Shown: one piece after another, positions 6,214-13,819 of the stretch
Layout: every line of letters begins with the position of its first letter
How positions within the stretch are numbered: the first letter of the stretch is position 1
Origin: an uncultured bacterium
GTDB lineage: Bacteria > Muiribacteriota > Ozemobacteria > Ozemobacterales > Ozemobacteraceae
DNA: 41,761 bases
NCBI GenBank assembly: GCA_964613435.1
Contig: CAZTHA010000002.1
Location: 1 to 41,761, forward strand
Direction of reading: 5' to 3'
Notes under the pieces: generated by a model
The model's database searches: none
What the model saw: only the letters and a program-made list of their open reading frames with translations
What the model was told of the DNA's origin: nothing
Made by a program: the position numbers and the translations under genes

Positions 6214-6488
6214 TCAGCTCTTCCTGCGGTAATTTCAGGCTGAATTCTCAAGATATCGCCGGATTGAACTCCTGCCTGGCGAAAGGTTTCATCGTCAAGA
6301 AGCTGTCTTCCCGAAGCTTTATGATGAAATTTGTAGCTCATCAGCTGGCCATCAGGCGTAAAGCGTGGCAGATTCATCTTGTCGATCAGAAGAATGATTA
6401 TTCGGTTCAGTGCTTCATCATCGGGTAATTCTGCTTTGACTTTTTTGTTACCGGTAGCATCCCAGATTTCTACCATTACTGACCCCAT
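6210..6488 (-). CDS. Ubiquitin-like beta-grasp protein (Ubl) with C-terminal ..ITAG-RAE tail
   Basis: 92 aa, first gene of the operon. SD AAAGGGGA lies 9 nt upstream of ATG 6488. Sequence VEIWDATGNKKVKAELPDDEALNRIIILLIDKMNLP...GRQLLDDETFRQAGVQSGDILRIQPEITAG has ubiquitin-like strand/helix periodicity. Gly89 (6222..6224) is followed by only 3 residues. Assignment rests on size, position before the E1, and pattern. Confidence 0.7.
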   Translation of the reverse strand: MGSVMVEIWDATGNKKVKAELPDDEALNRIIILLIDKMNLPRFTPDGQLMSYKFHHKASGRQLLDDETFRQAGVQSGDILRIQPEITAGRAE

Positions 6489-6550
6489 TGAATATGGTCC
6501 CCTTTTCTATAATTGCAGGTTTGTCGACCTGGTTTTGTAAAAAACATCTA

Positions 6551-6586
6551 AAAAATTGCTCGGTTTGAAAAAAAGTATAAACCCGA
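6551..6586 (-). terminator. Weak candidate intrinsic terminator between the TerB-like gene and the Ubl operon
   Basis: Minus strand reads TCGGGTTT-atactttttttc-AAACCGA, then gcaaTTTTT. The stem is 7 bp with a bulge and is AT-rich. Confidence 0.3.
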
Positions 6587-6670
6587 CCAGAAAATAATTC
6601 AACAAAACAGGATACCACTTCCGGGCGGTTTTTATTGCGGGATCGTAAAAAGATTCTCGGCGCTGTCAGA

Positions 6671-9067
6671 TTAATCTCTTTTTGCGCGCGATTTGAAAAG
6701 ATTTTCTGCCTGTTTTTCCTGCTTAACCTGGTTCTCCACCTTTCGCATCAGCATCTTGAGATCAGTTTTTCCATAGCCGAACTTTCTCGCCAGTTGTTCT
6801 ATGTAATCCTGCTCTTCTGTGGCAATTTCTCCATCGGCAAGAGCCATTCTGATTGCCGATTCCATTAACTTATGAGCTTCTCTAAGGTCTTTGGGGATCG
6901 GTATATGTAGTTCACCCTGTTTTACCGCTTCAATGATTCCGCTTAAAAGTTCTTCCGACATCGAGAAACTCTCGGCAAACTCTCTGATGAGTTTCATTTC
7001 GGCATCGTCGATTTTACCATCGGCAAGCAGCATTTGTGCGGCCATACTGATTAAGTCGCGTCCCGAGCGCATCGTTTCATTGTCGACTTTTTCCCGTTTA
7101 ACTTCTTCGACAACCTTTTTGATCAGCTTTTGTTTGAAAACCTGAACAGATATGTATTCCTGGCTTTCGGGGTTGAGAATTTTTTCGAGAATCCAGTCCG
7201 AACCGTCGTTCAAAAGTGCGTTACAGTAGTTACAGTTTATGGCGAAGCCCGAAGTCATTGGTCCACCACAAAAATGACAGTGGGCACTGCTTAGCGCGTT
7301 GTTTAGATTGGTTTTTTGCCCAGGTTTTCTGACAAAGACAAATACGTCGCGCCTTGGCTTTACGAAACGGTGCAGTTGGGGAATTCGCCCCTGGGCGGTG
7401 CAGCTGACCGGGATTCCACTCCAGACGACGAGCAGATAGATTCTTTCGACGTCTTCTTTAACCATTATTGCCTTGAGGGTTGCCGAGGCAAAAGAGATGT
7501 TTTCAAAAAAAGTGAATTTACCGGTTGAAGAAAACAAAAATTTAAAATTTTCACAACATTTTTCGGTGGCGAATCTCTGAATTGGTTCCATTTTTCTCTG
7601 TTGCTCTGCCAGGCGGATCATCCAGAAGACGACGGCACAACGGTCTTCTATCTGCTGGGTCGTGAATTGTGGGTCCGAACCTTTCAGTTCATTCCAGCCG
7701 GGTATAACTCTGGGATTTGCGTATTCCCACTCGCAGGCCTGAGTGATCTGCGATAAGACCCAGTCGTAATTTCCAGAGCGGATGAAGGAATTGCAGACCG
7801 AACAGATGGTGGCCTGGCCAATCAGGATCGGCGCACCGCAGTTGGGGCAGCTTCCTTCCATCAAGCCTGGTTTATCGAGAGTCTTTGCTGAAGGCTTACG
7901 AACAAAAGACCAGTATTCGCATATTTTCTGCAACTTGTTTTCGGCATTGAGAGTTTCGCCGGTAACGACATCGATAGCTGTTTCAACAGCCTGGGCTCGC
8001 ACCAGAACATGGACCTCGTCAAAAATGTCATCTGAAGCGATGCGGGCAATCTGGGCGGTCTGGATGTCGACCTCGGGGCAGCTGAAGCGAATGCCGGCTT
8101 CCTTTTGCTCGGTGACCCGGCAGCGGAACTGCTCGAAAAGGGCGTCGGAAACCATTGCCTGAATGGTTTCAATTTCGTGACTATAGCAGGCGTGGTGGAT
8201 TTTTTCGAAGGCAACTCGAAATTTGTTCAGAAAGTTTTCTGAGCTGAATCCTGGATCTTTTTTGGTTAATGCCAGCATGGACTGTTGAAGTTCAGCGGGA
8301 CCCTGAATCTCGAGAAGGGATGACAGGGCATAGGAATGGCGATTCGCTGTTATTGGTGACTGCTCTTCTTCTTCGGTTTCAAAATCTCCCTGATTCATTT
8401 TTTTTACTTTGCCCCAACTTTCAGCCAGCGCCTGGATTTCCGGGCCGATTATTTCCCAGAGGTCGCCCTTCAAAATGCTGTGGTTTGGATTGATTCTGCT
8501 TTTCTGGGTTGAACTGAGCCTGGCGAGAACCCTGACTTCGCCCTGAGAATAGCGGCTTCTAAGGGCATGGTTGGCTCTTATGGCGAAAAGATGGCACATG
8601 GGCATCATAAGAAGAAAAATCATTGGCTTTTTGAGGAAATACCAGCTTAAAGCGATCAGTAGCAGGGCAATAAAGCTCAGAACTATACTGCCGATCCTTT
8701 TTTGATGCCAGAGAAAAACCGGAACGAAAAATGCGCAGATTACCAGAATGGACTCAATTGGAGCGATGAAAAAATAGAAAAAGCAAAAAAACAGTGATGC
8801 TCCGTAGACTATATAGACTATCGGCTCGGTTTGCTGGGTAATCCTTAGCACTACCAGAGTTACAATAGCAAAAAAGCAAAAAAACGAAACGTCGGGAGAG
8901 AAGTAGTTGTAATACTGAGCCTGGCCATCTTTTATGCCAAGAAAAGAAAGGGTGGTCGGAGCGATGAAGTCGTCGGTAAGGTCCTGAAAAACGAAAGCCA
9001 TGAAACCTGCAGCCAATAAAATAAGTATAAATACTGCATAAAAAGATTCTTTTTGAATTTTCATCAC
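6671..9067 (-). CDS. Large membrane protein: N-terminal multi-TM region, 2x (Tim44-like domain + CxxC..CxxC zinc ribbon), C-terminal TerB-like domain
   Basis: 798 aa. About 6 hydrophobic helices in the first ~165 aa. Tim44-like stretch: FLNKFRVAFEKIHHACYSHEIETIQAMVSDALFEQFRCRV...ICEYWSFVRKP. Ribbons: CPNCGAPILIGQATICSVC and CHFCGGPMTSGFAINCNYC, each followed by DW(V/I)L. The C-terminus (about 6734..7090) has paired ADG-(K/E)I-x-x-x-E repeats (LLADGKIDDAEMKLIREFAESF, ALADGEIATEEQDYIEQLARKFG) typical of TerB/DjlA-N-like domains. Confidence 0.6.
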   Translation of the reverse strand: MMKIQKESFYAVFILILLAAGFMAFVFQDLTDDFIAPTTLSFLGIKDGQAQYYNYFSPDVSFFCFFAIVTLVVLRITQQTEPIVYIVYGASLFFCFFYFFIAPIESILVICAFFVPVFLWHQKRIGSIVLSFIALLLIALSWYFLKKPMIFLLMMPMCHLFAIRANHALRSRYSQGEVRVLARLSSTQKSRINPNHSILKGDLWEIIGPEIQALAESWGKVKKMNQGDFETEEEEQSPITANRHSYALSSLLEIQGPAELQQSMLALTKKDPGFSSENFLNKFRVAFEKIHHACYSHEIETIQAMVSDALFEQFRCRVTEQKEAGIRFSCPEVDIQTAQIARIASDDIFDEVHVLVRAQAVETAIDVVTGETLNAENKLQKICEYWSFVRKPSAKTLDKPGLMEGSCPNCGAPILIGQATICSVCNSFIRSGNYDWVLSQITQACEWEYANPRVIPGWNELKGSDPQFTTQQIEDRCAVVFWMIRLAEQQRKMEPIQRFATEKCCENFKFLFSSTGKFTFFENISFASATLKAIMVKEDVERIYLLVVWSGIPVSCTAQGRIPQLHRFVKPRRDVFVFVRKPGQKTNLNNALSSAHCHFCGGPMTSGFAINCNYCNALLNDGSDWILEKILNPESQEYISVQVFKQKLIKKVVEEVKREKVDNETMRSGRDLISMAAQMLLADGKIDDAEMKLIREFAESFSMSEELLSGIIEAVKQGELHIPIPKDLREAHKLMESAIRMALADGEIATEEQDYIEQLARKFGYGKTDLKMLMRKVENQVKQEKQAENLFKSRAKRD

Positions 9068-9232
9068 TGTTTGCCTTTTCTGTTAACATGATTACATTAT
9101 TGTTCCGGCAAAGCAATAATATTTAATGCCTTGAAGCGGCGACGAGGCCAGCAGTTAAGACTTTATTGCCGCTTGCATGTTTTTTCGTTCAATAAAGAAG
9201 TCTTGTTAACCGGCAAGGTTGGGTCAGAACGC

Positions 9233-10039
9233 ATGGTTAAAATTAGTGGCGCGAGCACAAGTGGGGTTCCGGGTGGGTTCATATCCATGCCCGGAGCTAC
9301 GTATGTCGGTGATTCAAAATTGCTCGGTTTATGGATTTTTCTCGATGATGTCGCAATTTCACAAGTTCTATTGAAATTTGCCGACAAAAAACCTGTGAGA
9401 ATTTCTTTTAAGGAATTTTCTCGGGTTGTCAGTTTCTTAAAAGATTTCAGTCGCGGTAATTCTTATCAGTTTGAAAGTCTTGCGCCAGATTCGACAAAGA
9501 TTTCAATTGCTCTTCTGGAAAGCAATCGGGTAATGCTGCACTGGGAAGAAGCTCGAATAGTGCTTTTACCCCTGGATTTCATGCTGGCACTGAATGTGTT
9601 GTTTGCTATCGAGAAGAAGCTTGAAAAGATGATTCAACGTCGGAATGAAAGAAAACAACTCCTCAGGCAGGGAAATCTTTTGGAGTTCCTCTACCAGTGG
9701 TCTGGCTTTCTGGTTTATGCGTTTCTGGCTATGGTTGATTTTGGTTTGCTCGTGGCTGTGTTTTTTCATTCCCAATTGGTGACGCCTTTGCTTGGTCTAA
9801 CCATCTTTCTTGGGGTGTGGCTGTTCATATTTCAGCCGGAGTGGTCGTTTCGTTTGGTGCCGGCTATCAAAAGCTATCTCAACGAAGAATTGCTCGCCGA
9901 TATTTCCCATTTGAAAAGTTCGCAAAAAAACGTTGGAATTGTAATCATGCTGATTTTGCTGCTGGTTTTTTACATTTATTTCGGCTGGGAATTTGTCAGC
10001 ATGGTTATCAGCTTTTTCAAGGGTAGTCAGTCCCTTTGA
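9233..10039 (+). CDS. Hypothetical membrane protein (soluble N-terminal half, 3-4 C-terminal TM helices)
   Basis: Long ORF. The track start is TTG 9131; the first ATG, at 9233, is preferred. Hydrophobic segments in the C-terminal half. No recognisable motif. Confidence 0.55.
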   Translation: MVKISGASTSGVPGGFISMPGATYVGDSKLLGLWIFLDDVAISQVLLKFADKKPVRISFKEFSRVVSFLKDFSRGNSYQFESLAPDSTKISIALLESNRVMLHWEEARIVLLPLDFMLALNVLFAIEKKLEKMIQRRNERKQLLRQGNLLEFLYQWSGFLVYAFLAMVDFGLLVAVFFHSQLVTPLLGLTIFLGVWLFIFQPEWSFRLVPAIKSYLNEELLADISHLKSSQKNVGIVIMLILLLVFYIYFGWEFVSMVISFFKGSQSL

Positions 10040-10074
10040 ACGATTTTGCCGGCAAGTTCAGCATTTAAAAACGT

Positions 10075-11013
10075 TCATTTTTTTGCTTCTGTGGCTTCGA
10101 AAAGGTATGTTGCCGGTGACTTTGCCATTAAAACCGGGCGCATGACCATCAATCCTTTGACTGTTTTGTGATTACGCATGTAATCATAAAAATCCTGGTC
10201 GACAATGCGGTTGAGTTTTAAGGAGGCATGGCGAAACCAGCTTTTCTGACCTTTTTGGATGAAAAAGCCCATGTGGGTTACGTCCAGGCCTTCTTTGTCG
10301 GTTACCAGAGCCAGAATGTCACCGGATTCTGGAGTGAATTCCTTTTCAAGAACCTTGGCGATCGGAAAATACCACATAATCTGCGGATCTTTGGCGATCA
10401 TGAACCGATCTTCCACATAGAATGTTCGATTTTGCTTCACTCGATTCAAAAAAAGAACTCTTCTGACGGCAAGCTTGTGACTTCTTGCAATGTTGATCAG
10501 ATACCCTTTTTGCTCATTTGCATCTGCCCATTGGGAGGTGAAATGGTTGCGCAGATGGTTCAGCAGGACGCTTCCGTTTGCCGAATACATGATGTCGACG
10601 AGATGGGCAAGAAAGCCAGTCTGATATTCAGGGTTTTCGGCGCTTGCTATTGCAAGAACATGCTCGACATAGGTCATACAATCGAGAAATTTTAAGTTGG
10701 TGCGTAAATAGTCGACCGTAAGCGGATTTTCATTCTCTGCTTCCTTTTTTTCGACCTTTTTGTGTTTCTGCTTGTTGATGCGGGCTCTGGTCTCGGGCCG
10801 ATATTTTCTGCCGAGCAGGTATCCGGAAATAAATTCTACTCGTCTTGGTGCCGGTAATTTTTGCGACATACCGATCAGGCGTTCTATTTCTTTTTTATCA
10901 TCAAAATTTTTCAGCCTGATTTTGTTGACGGCTATTTCTTCTGCAAAAGCAAAATTGCTCAGAACATTGCAGAGAACGATAAGCAATACTATTTTTGTGA
11001 TGCTGAAATTCAT
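10075..11013 (-). CDS. Secreted hypothetical protein, possibly DUF1460-like (amidase/NlpC-like fold)
   Basis: 312 aa with signal peptide MNFSITKIVLLIVLCNVLSNFAFA. The LDCMTYVEHVLA-type Cys motif and overall size recall the DUF1460 family. The family assignment is from memory only. Confidence 0.4.
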   Translation of the reverse strand: MNFSITKIVLLIVLCNVLSNFAFAEEIAVNKIRLKNFDDKKEIERLIGMSQKLPAPRRVEFISGYLLGRKYRPETRARINKQKHKKVEKKEAENENPLTVDYLRTNLKFLDCMTYVEHVLAIASAENPEYQTGFLAHLVDIMYSANGSVLLNHLRNHFTSQWADANEQKGYLINIARSHKLAVRRVLFLNRVKQNRTFYVEDRFMIAKDPQIMWYFPIAKVLEKEFTPESGDILALVTDKEGLDVTHMGFFIQKGQKSWFRHASLKLNRIVDQDFYDYMRNHKTVKGLMVMRPVLMAKSPATYLFEATEAKK

Positions 11014-11207
11014 TTTTGCCTCGTTTTTTCTTTTCAGGTTACTTTTTTTCGCGACAAACTTTCAACCATAAAAAGAACGGTGGGCTTTGGTCGGGGCAAG
11101 AGCGGGTTGCAGCATTATTCCAGCTGTGATAACATATAAATCAATCACTCAAAAAATTGTGGGTAGCTGTCGATGTTAGTCACGAATTAAAGATAAGGAA
11201 ACCAGCA

Positions 11208-11357
11208 ATGGACAATTACGAACAAAACGAAAACAACGAAAATCAAAACGAGCCACAGCCACCAAAATTTGACCCAGCTGCAGAAACCAAGCAAAAAATC
11301 ATTTTCTTCATCGTTGCAATGATTGTTTTGGTGGCAATGAAATTCCTGGCCGGCTGA
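11208..11357 (+). CDS. Small single-pass membrane protein with N/E/Q-rich acidic N-terminus
   Basis: ATG 11208 preceded by AAGGAA. MDNYEQNENNENQNEPQPPKF... followed by the TM segment IIFFIVAMIVLVAMKFLAG. Short ORF, so coding status is uncertain. Confidence 0.4.
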   Translation: MDNYEQNENNENQNEPQPPKFDPAAETKQKIIFFIVAMIVLVAMKFLAG

Positions 11358-11469
11358 TTCTTTCGGATAGAACTGTTTTTTTTGCAGGTTGCTTTTGCAT
11401 TTCTGGAATCTCTTGATTGCATGTGTTAAACTTTCCCTGATACTGCATAAATAAATCAGGAGGTTCGAG

Positions 11470-13746
11470 ATGCCCGTAGTTGGCAAATCAGTTCCCAGAA
11501 AAGATGCATGGGATAAAGTGCAAGGCAAGGCACGTTACATAGATGATTACAGTTTTTCCGACATTCTTTATGCGACGACGGTTCGTTCTCCTTATGCATA
11601 CGCAAAGCTGAATGGAATAGAAACCGCCGAGGCAGCAAAAATGCCTGGGGTAAAAGCCGTAATTACGCATGCAGATGTGCCCGGCAAAAATGCTGTACCT
11701 TTGGTGTTTGAAGATGAGCCTTTTTTGGCTCAGGATTACCTGCGGTTTCATGGCGAGCCGGTTGCTCTGGTAGTTGCCGATTCTTACGAAGAGGCACTTG
11801 CCGCCGCTGAAAAGGTAAAAATCTCTGCAGAGCCTCTCAAACCGGTTTTGAGCATTCGTGAGGCGATTGCCGATAATTCTACCAAAATCTATAAAGAAGA
11901 CAATTGCTTCAGTCGCTATACTGTAAAAAAAGGCGATGCCGAATCAGCGATGAAGGGGGCGAAACATGTTTTTGAACGTGAGTATGAAACTCCCTATCAG
12001 GAACATGCATATCTCGAGACCAACGGTGTTATTGCCGTGCCCGGTCTCGAAGAATCTATGACCGTTTATGGGACTATGCAGTGCCCGTTCTATGTACACG
12101 ATGCGGTTGCTCAGGCGATTGGTGTCGATCGCAACAAGGTGCGGGTCGTGCAAACAACTACCGGTGGCGGTTTCGGTGGCAAGGAAGATTTTCCTTCTGT
12201 CGTTGCCGGTCAGGCCGCTATTTTGGCAAAAATTCTCGAAAAACCGGTGAAGCTGGTTTATAAACGCGAAGAAGACATTATTGCCAGTTCAAAAAGGCAT
12301 CCTGGTTTGATCAAAATGAAAATCGGGACCGATGAAAAAGGCAAGATCGTTGCCGCAATCATCGACTACTATGTCGATGGCGGTGCCTATTCGACCCTTA
12401 CTCCCATCGTCCTTTGGCGTGGCACCGTGCACGCTCTGGGGCCCTATGAGTGCGCCGACATTCTGATCAAGTCTTACGGAATTGCGACTAACAAGGTTCC
12501 TTGTGGCGCTTATCGCGGTTTTGGTTCGCCCCAGGTTATTTTTGCCGGGGAATCCATTGTGGATGAGATTGCCTGCGAATTGGGAATTGATCCGCTTGAA
12601 ATTAGACGTTTGAATGGTTATAAGGTCGGTTCGAGCACTGCGACGAGTCAGATTATCGACCAGTCATGTGGCTTGCTCGAAACAATCGATAAGGCTGCCG
12701 ACAAGGCAGAATGGAAGAGCAAATGGCAGGCTCCCGGGAAGAAATCGGGCGATATTCGCACCGGTATCGGCATTTCGACCGTTTATTACGGTGTTGGCCT
12801 CGGTGCCGGCGGTAAACATCTCGACCGGGTCGGAACCAGTATGACGATCATGAAAGACGGCTCGGTTCACTGTGCTATTGGCAACGTCGAAATGGGTCAG
12901 GGCGCCCGAACGGTTCTGGCGCAAATCGCTGCCGATGCTCTCGGCGCACCCTACGAACTGGTAAATGTTGTTGAAACCGACACCAGTCTTGTCCCGGATT
13001 CGGGTCCGACAGTTGCAAGCCGTACAACTTTCATGTCCGGAAATTCGCTGATGGTTGCAGCTGCTGAGCTGCGTCCGCGCCTGTTGCATGTCGCAAAAGA
13101 CATGCTTGGTGAGGCCCGGGAAGAAGACGTCGAATTGATTGACGGCTGGGCTTTTTCCAGAAAGAATCCTGGTGGACAAAAGATCCATTTTAAGGAACTT
13201 TGTGAGAAGCTATATGCTTATCGTTTGATGCCAAGTGCTTTCGGATGGTATGTTGCTCCCGATTCCTCTTATGACAAGGATACCGGGCAAGGTAATGCCT
13301 ACTTCGTCTACAGCTATTGCACAAATATTGCTGAGGTCGAAGTCGACATGGAAACCGGCGAATTCCAGGTTAAGCGGATCACCTGTGCCCATGATATGGG
13401 TAAGGCAATCAATCCGCAGCAGGTCGAAGGGCAAATTGAAGGCGGCACCCTGCAGGGAATGGGCTACGCAATTATGGAAGAAATCAGGCACGATGCTGAT
13501 GGCCGCATGATGAACAATGCTTTTGCCACCTACATTTTGCCGACAACGGAAGATACGCCGGTTATCGATCCGATAATCGTCGAGCATGCCTATGATCGCG
13601 GCCCATACGGAGCAAAAGGGTTTGGCGAAGTGCCGTTGATGGGTATTGCGCCGGCAATTGCCAATGCGGTCTACAATGCCACCGGAAAAAGAATTCGCAT
13701 TTTGCCAATCAAACCCGAGAAAATTCTTGGGCTCGACCAACCCTGA
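11470..13746 (+). CDS. Xanthine dehydrogenase/aldehyde oxidase family molybdopterin-binding (large) subunit
   Basis: 758 aa with SD CAGGAGG upstream. N-terminal a/b-hammerhead pattern (VGKSVPRKDAWDKVQGKARYIDD, HGEPVALVVA), QCPF, GGGFGGKE, GAYRGFG, EMGQG and a C-terminal AKGFGE motif, all hallmarks of the family. Confidence 0.85.
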   Translation: MPVVGKSVPRKDAWDKVQGKARYIDDYSFSDILYATTVRSPYAYAKLNGIETAEAAKMPGVKAVITHADVPGKNAVPLVFEDEPFLAQDYLRFHGEPVALVVADSYEEALAAAEKVKISAEPLKPVLSIREAIADNSTKIYKEDNCFSRYTVKKGDAESAMKGAKHVFEREYETPYQEHAYLETNGVIAVPGLEESMTVYGTMQCPFYVHDAVAQAIGVDRNKVRVVQTTTGGGFGGKEDFPSVVAGQAAILAKILEKPVKLVYKREEDIIASSKRHPGLIKMKIGTDEKGKIVAAIIDYYVDGGAYSTLTPIVLWRGTVHALGPYECADILIKSYGIATNKVPCGAYRGFGSPQVIFAGESIVDEIACELGIDPLEIRRLNGYKVGSSTATSQIIDQSCGLLETIDKAADKAEWKSKWQAPGKKSGDIRTGIGISTVYYGVGLGAGGKHLDRVGTSMTIMKDGSVHCAIGNVEMGQGARTVLAQIAADALGAPYELVNVVETDTSLVPDSGPTVASRTTFMSGNSLMVAAAELRPRLLHVAKDMLGEAREEDVELIDGWAFSRKNPGGQKIHFKELCEKLYAYRLMPSAFGWYVAPDSSYDKDTGQGNAYFVYSYCTNIAEVEVDMETGEFQVKRITCAHDMGKAINPQQVEGQIEGGTLQGMGYAIMEEIRHDADGRMMNNAFATYILPTTEDTPVIDPIIVEHAYDRGPYGAKGFGEVPLMGIAPAIANAVYNATGKRIRILPIKPEKILGLDQP

Positions 13747-13819
13747 TTTTACCTTGTAAGTTCGCAGGGTTTGTATTATTCTTACTGCGAAGGTACAATA
13801 AAGAAAATCTGGAGAGAGT

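Noticed and set aside
4999-6488. Reading the small protein plus E1 as a ThiS/MoaD-ThiF/MoeB sulfur-carrier pair (thiamine or molybdopterin biosynthesis)
   Set aside because: No ThiG/ThiH/MoaE/rhodanese partners are present. Instead the pair is translationally coupled to an HPN-Cys E2, a JAMM peptidase and RING-like fingers, which fits protein conjugation.
1-6488. Classifying the operon as CBASS (Cap2/Cap3), a Bil system, or Pup-proteasome
   Set aside because: There is no CD-NTase or effector and no E1-E2 fusion (CBASS). The extra RING, FHA, protease and TM components and the gene order differ from the four-gene Bil layout as I recall it. There is no Pup, PafA or proteasome signature. Distant relatedness to the Bil/Bub E1, E2 and JAB families remains likely.
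1-9067. The Ubl operon as part of a mobile genomic island
   Set aside because: No integrase, transposase, tRNA gene or flanking direct repeats are visible. Composition looks similar to the rest of the window by eye. The left boundary lies outside the window, so this stays open rather than disproved.
11358-11469. Possible Moco riboswitch upstream of the molybdoenzyme gene
   Set aside because: The leader is only about 110 nt and I could not recognise the conserved Moco-motif helices. It would need a covariance-model search. Not claimed.
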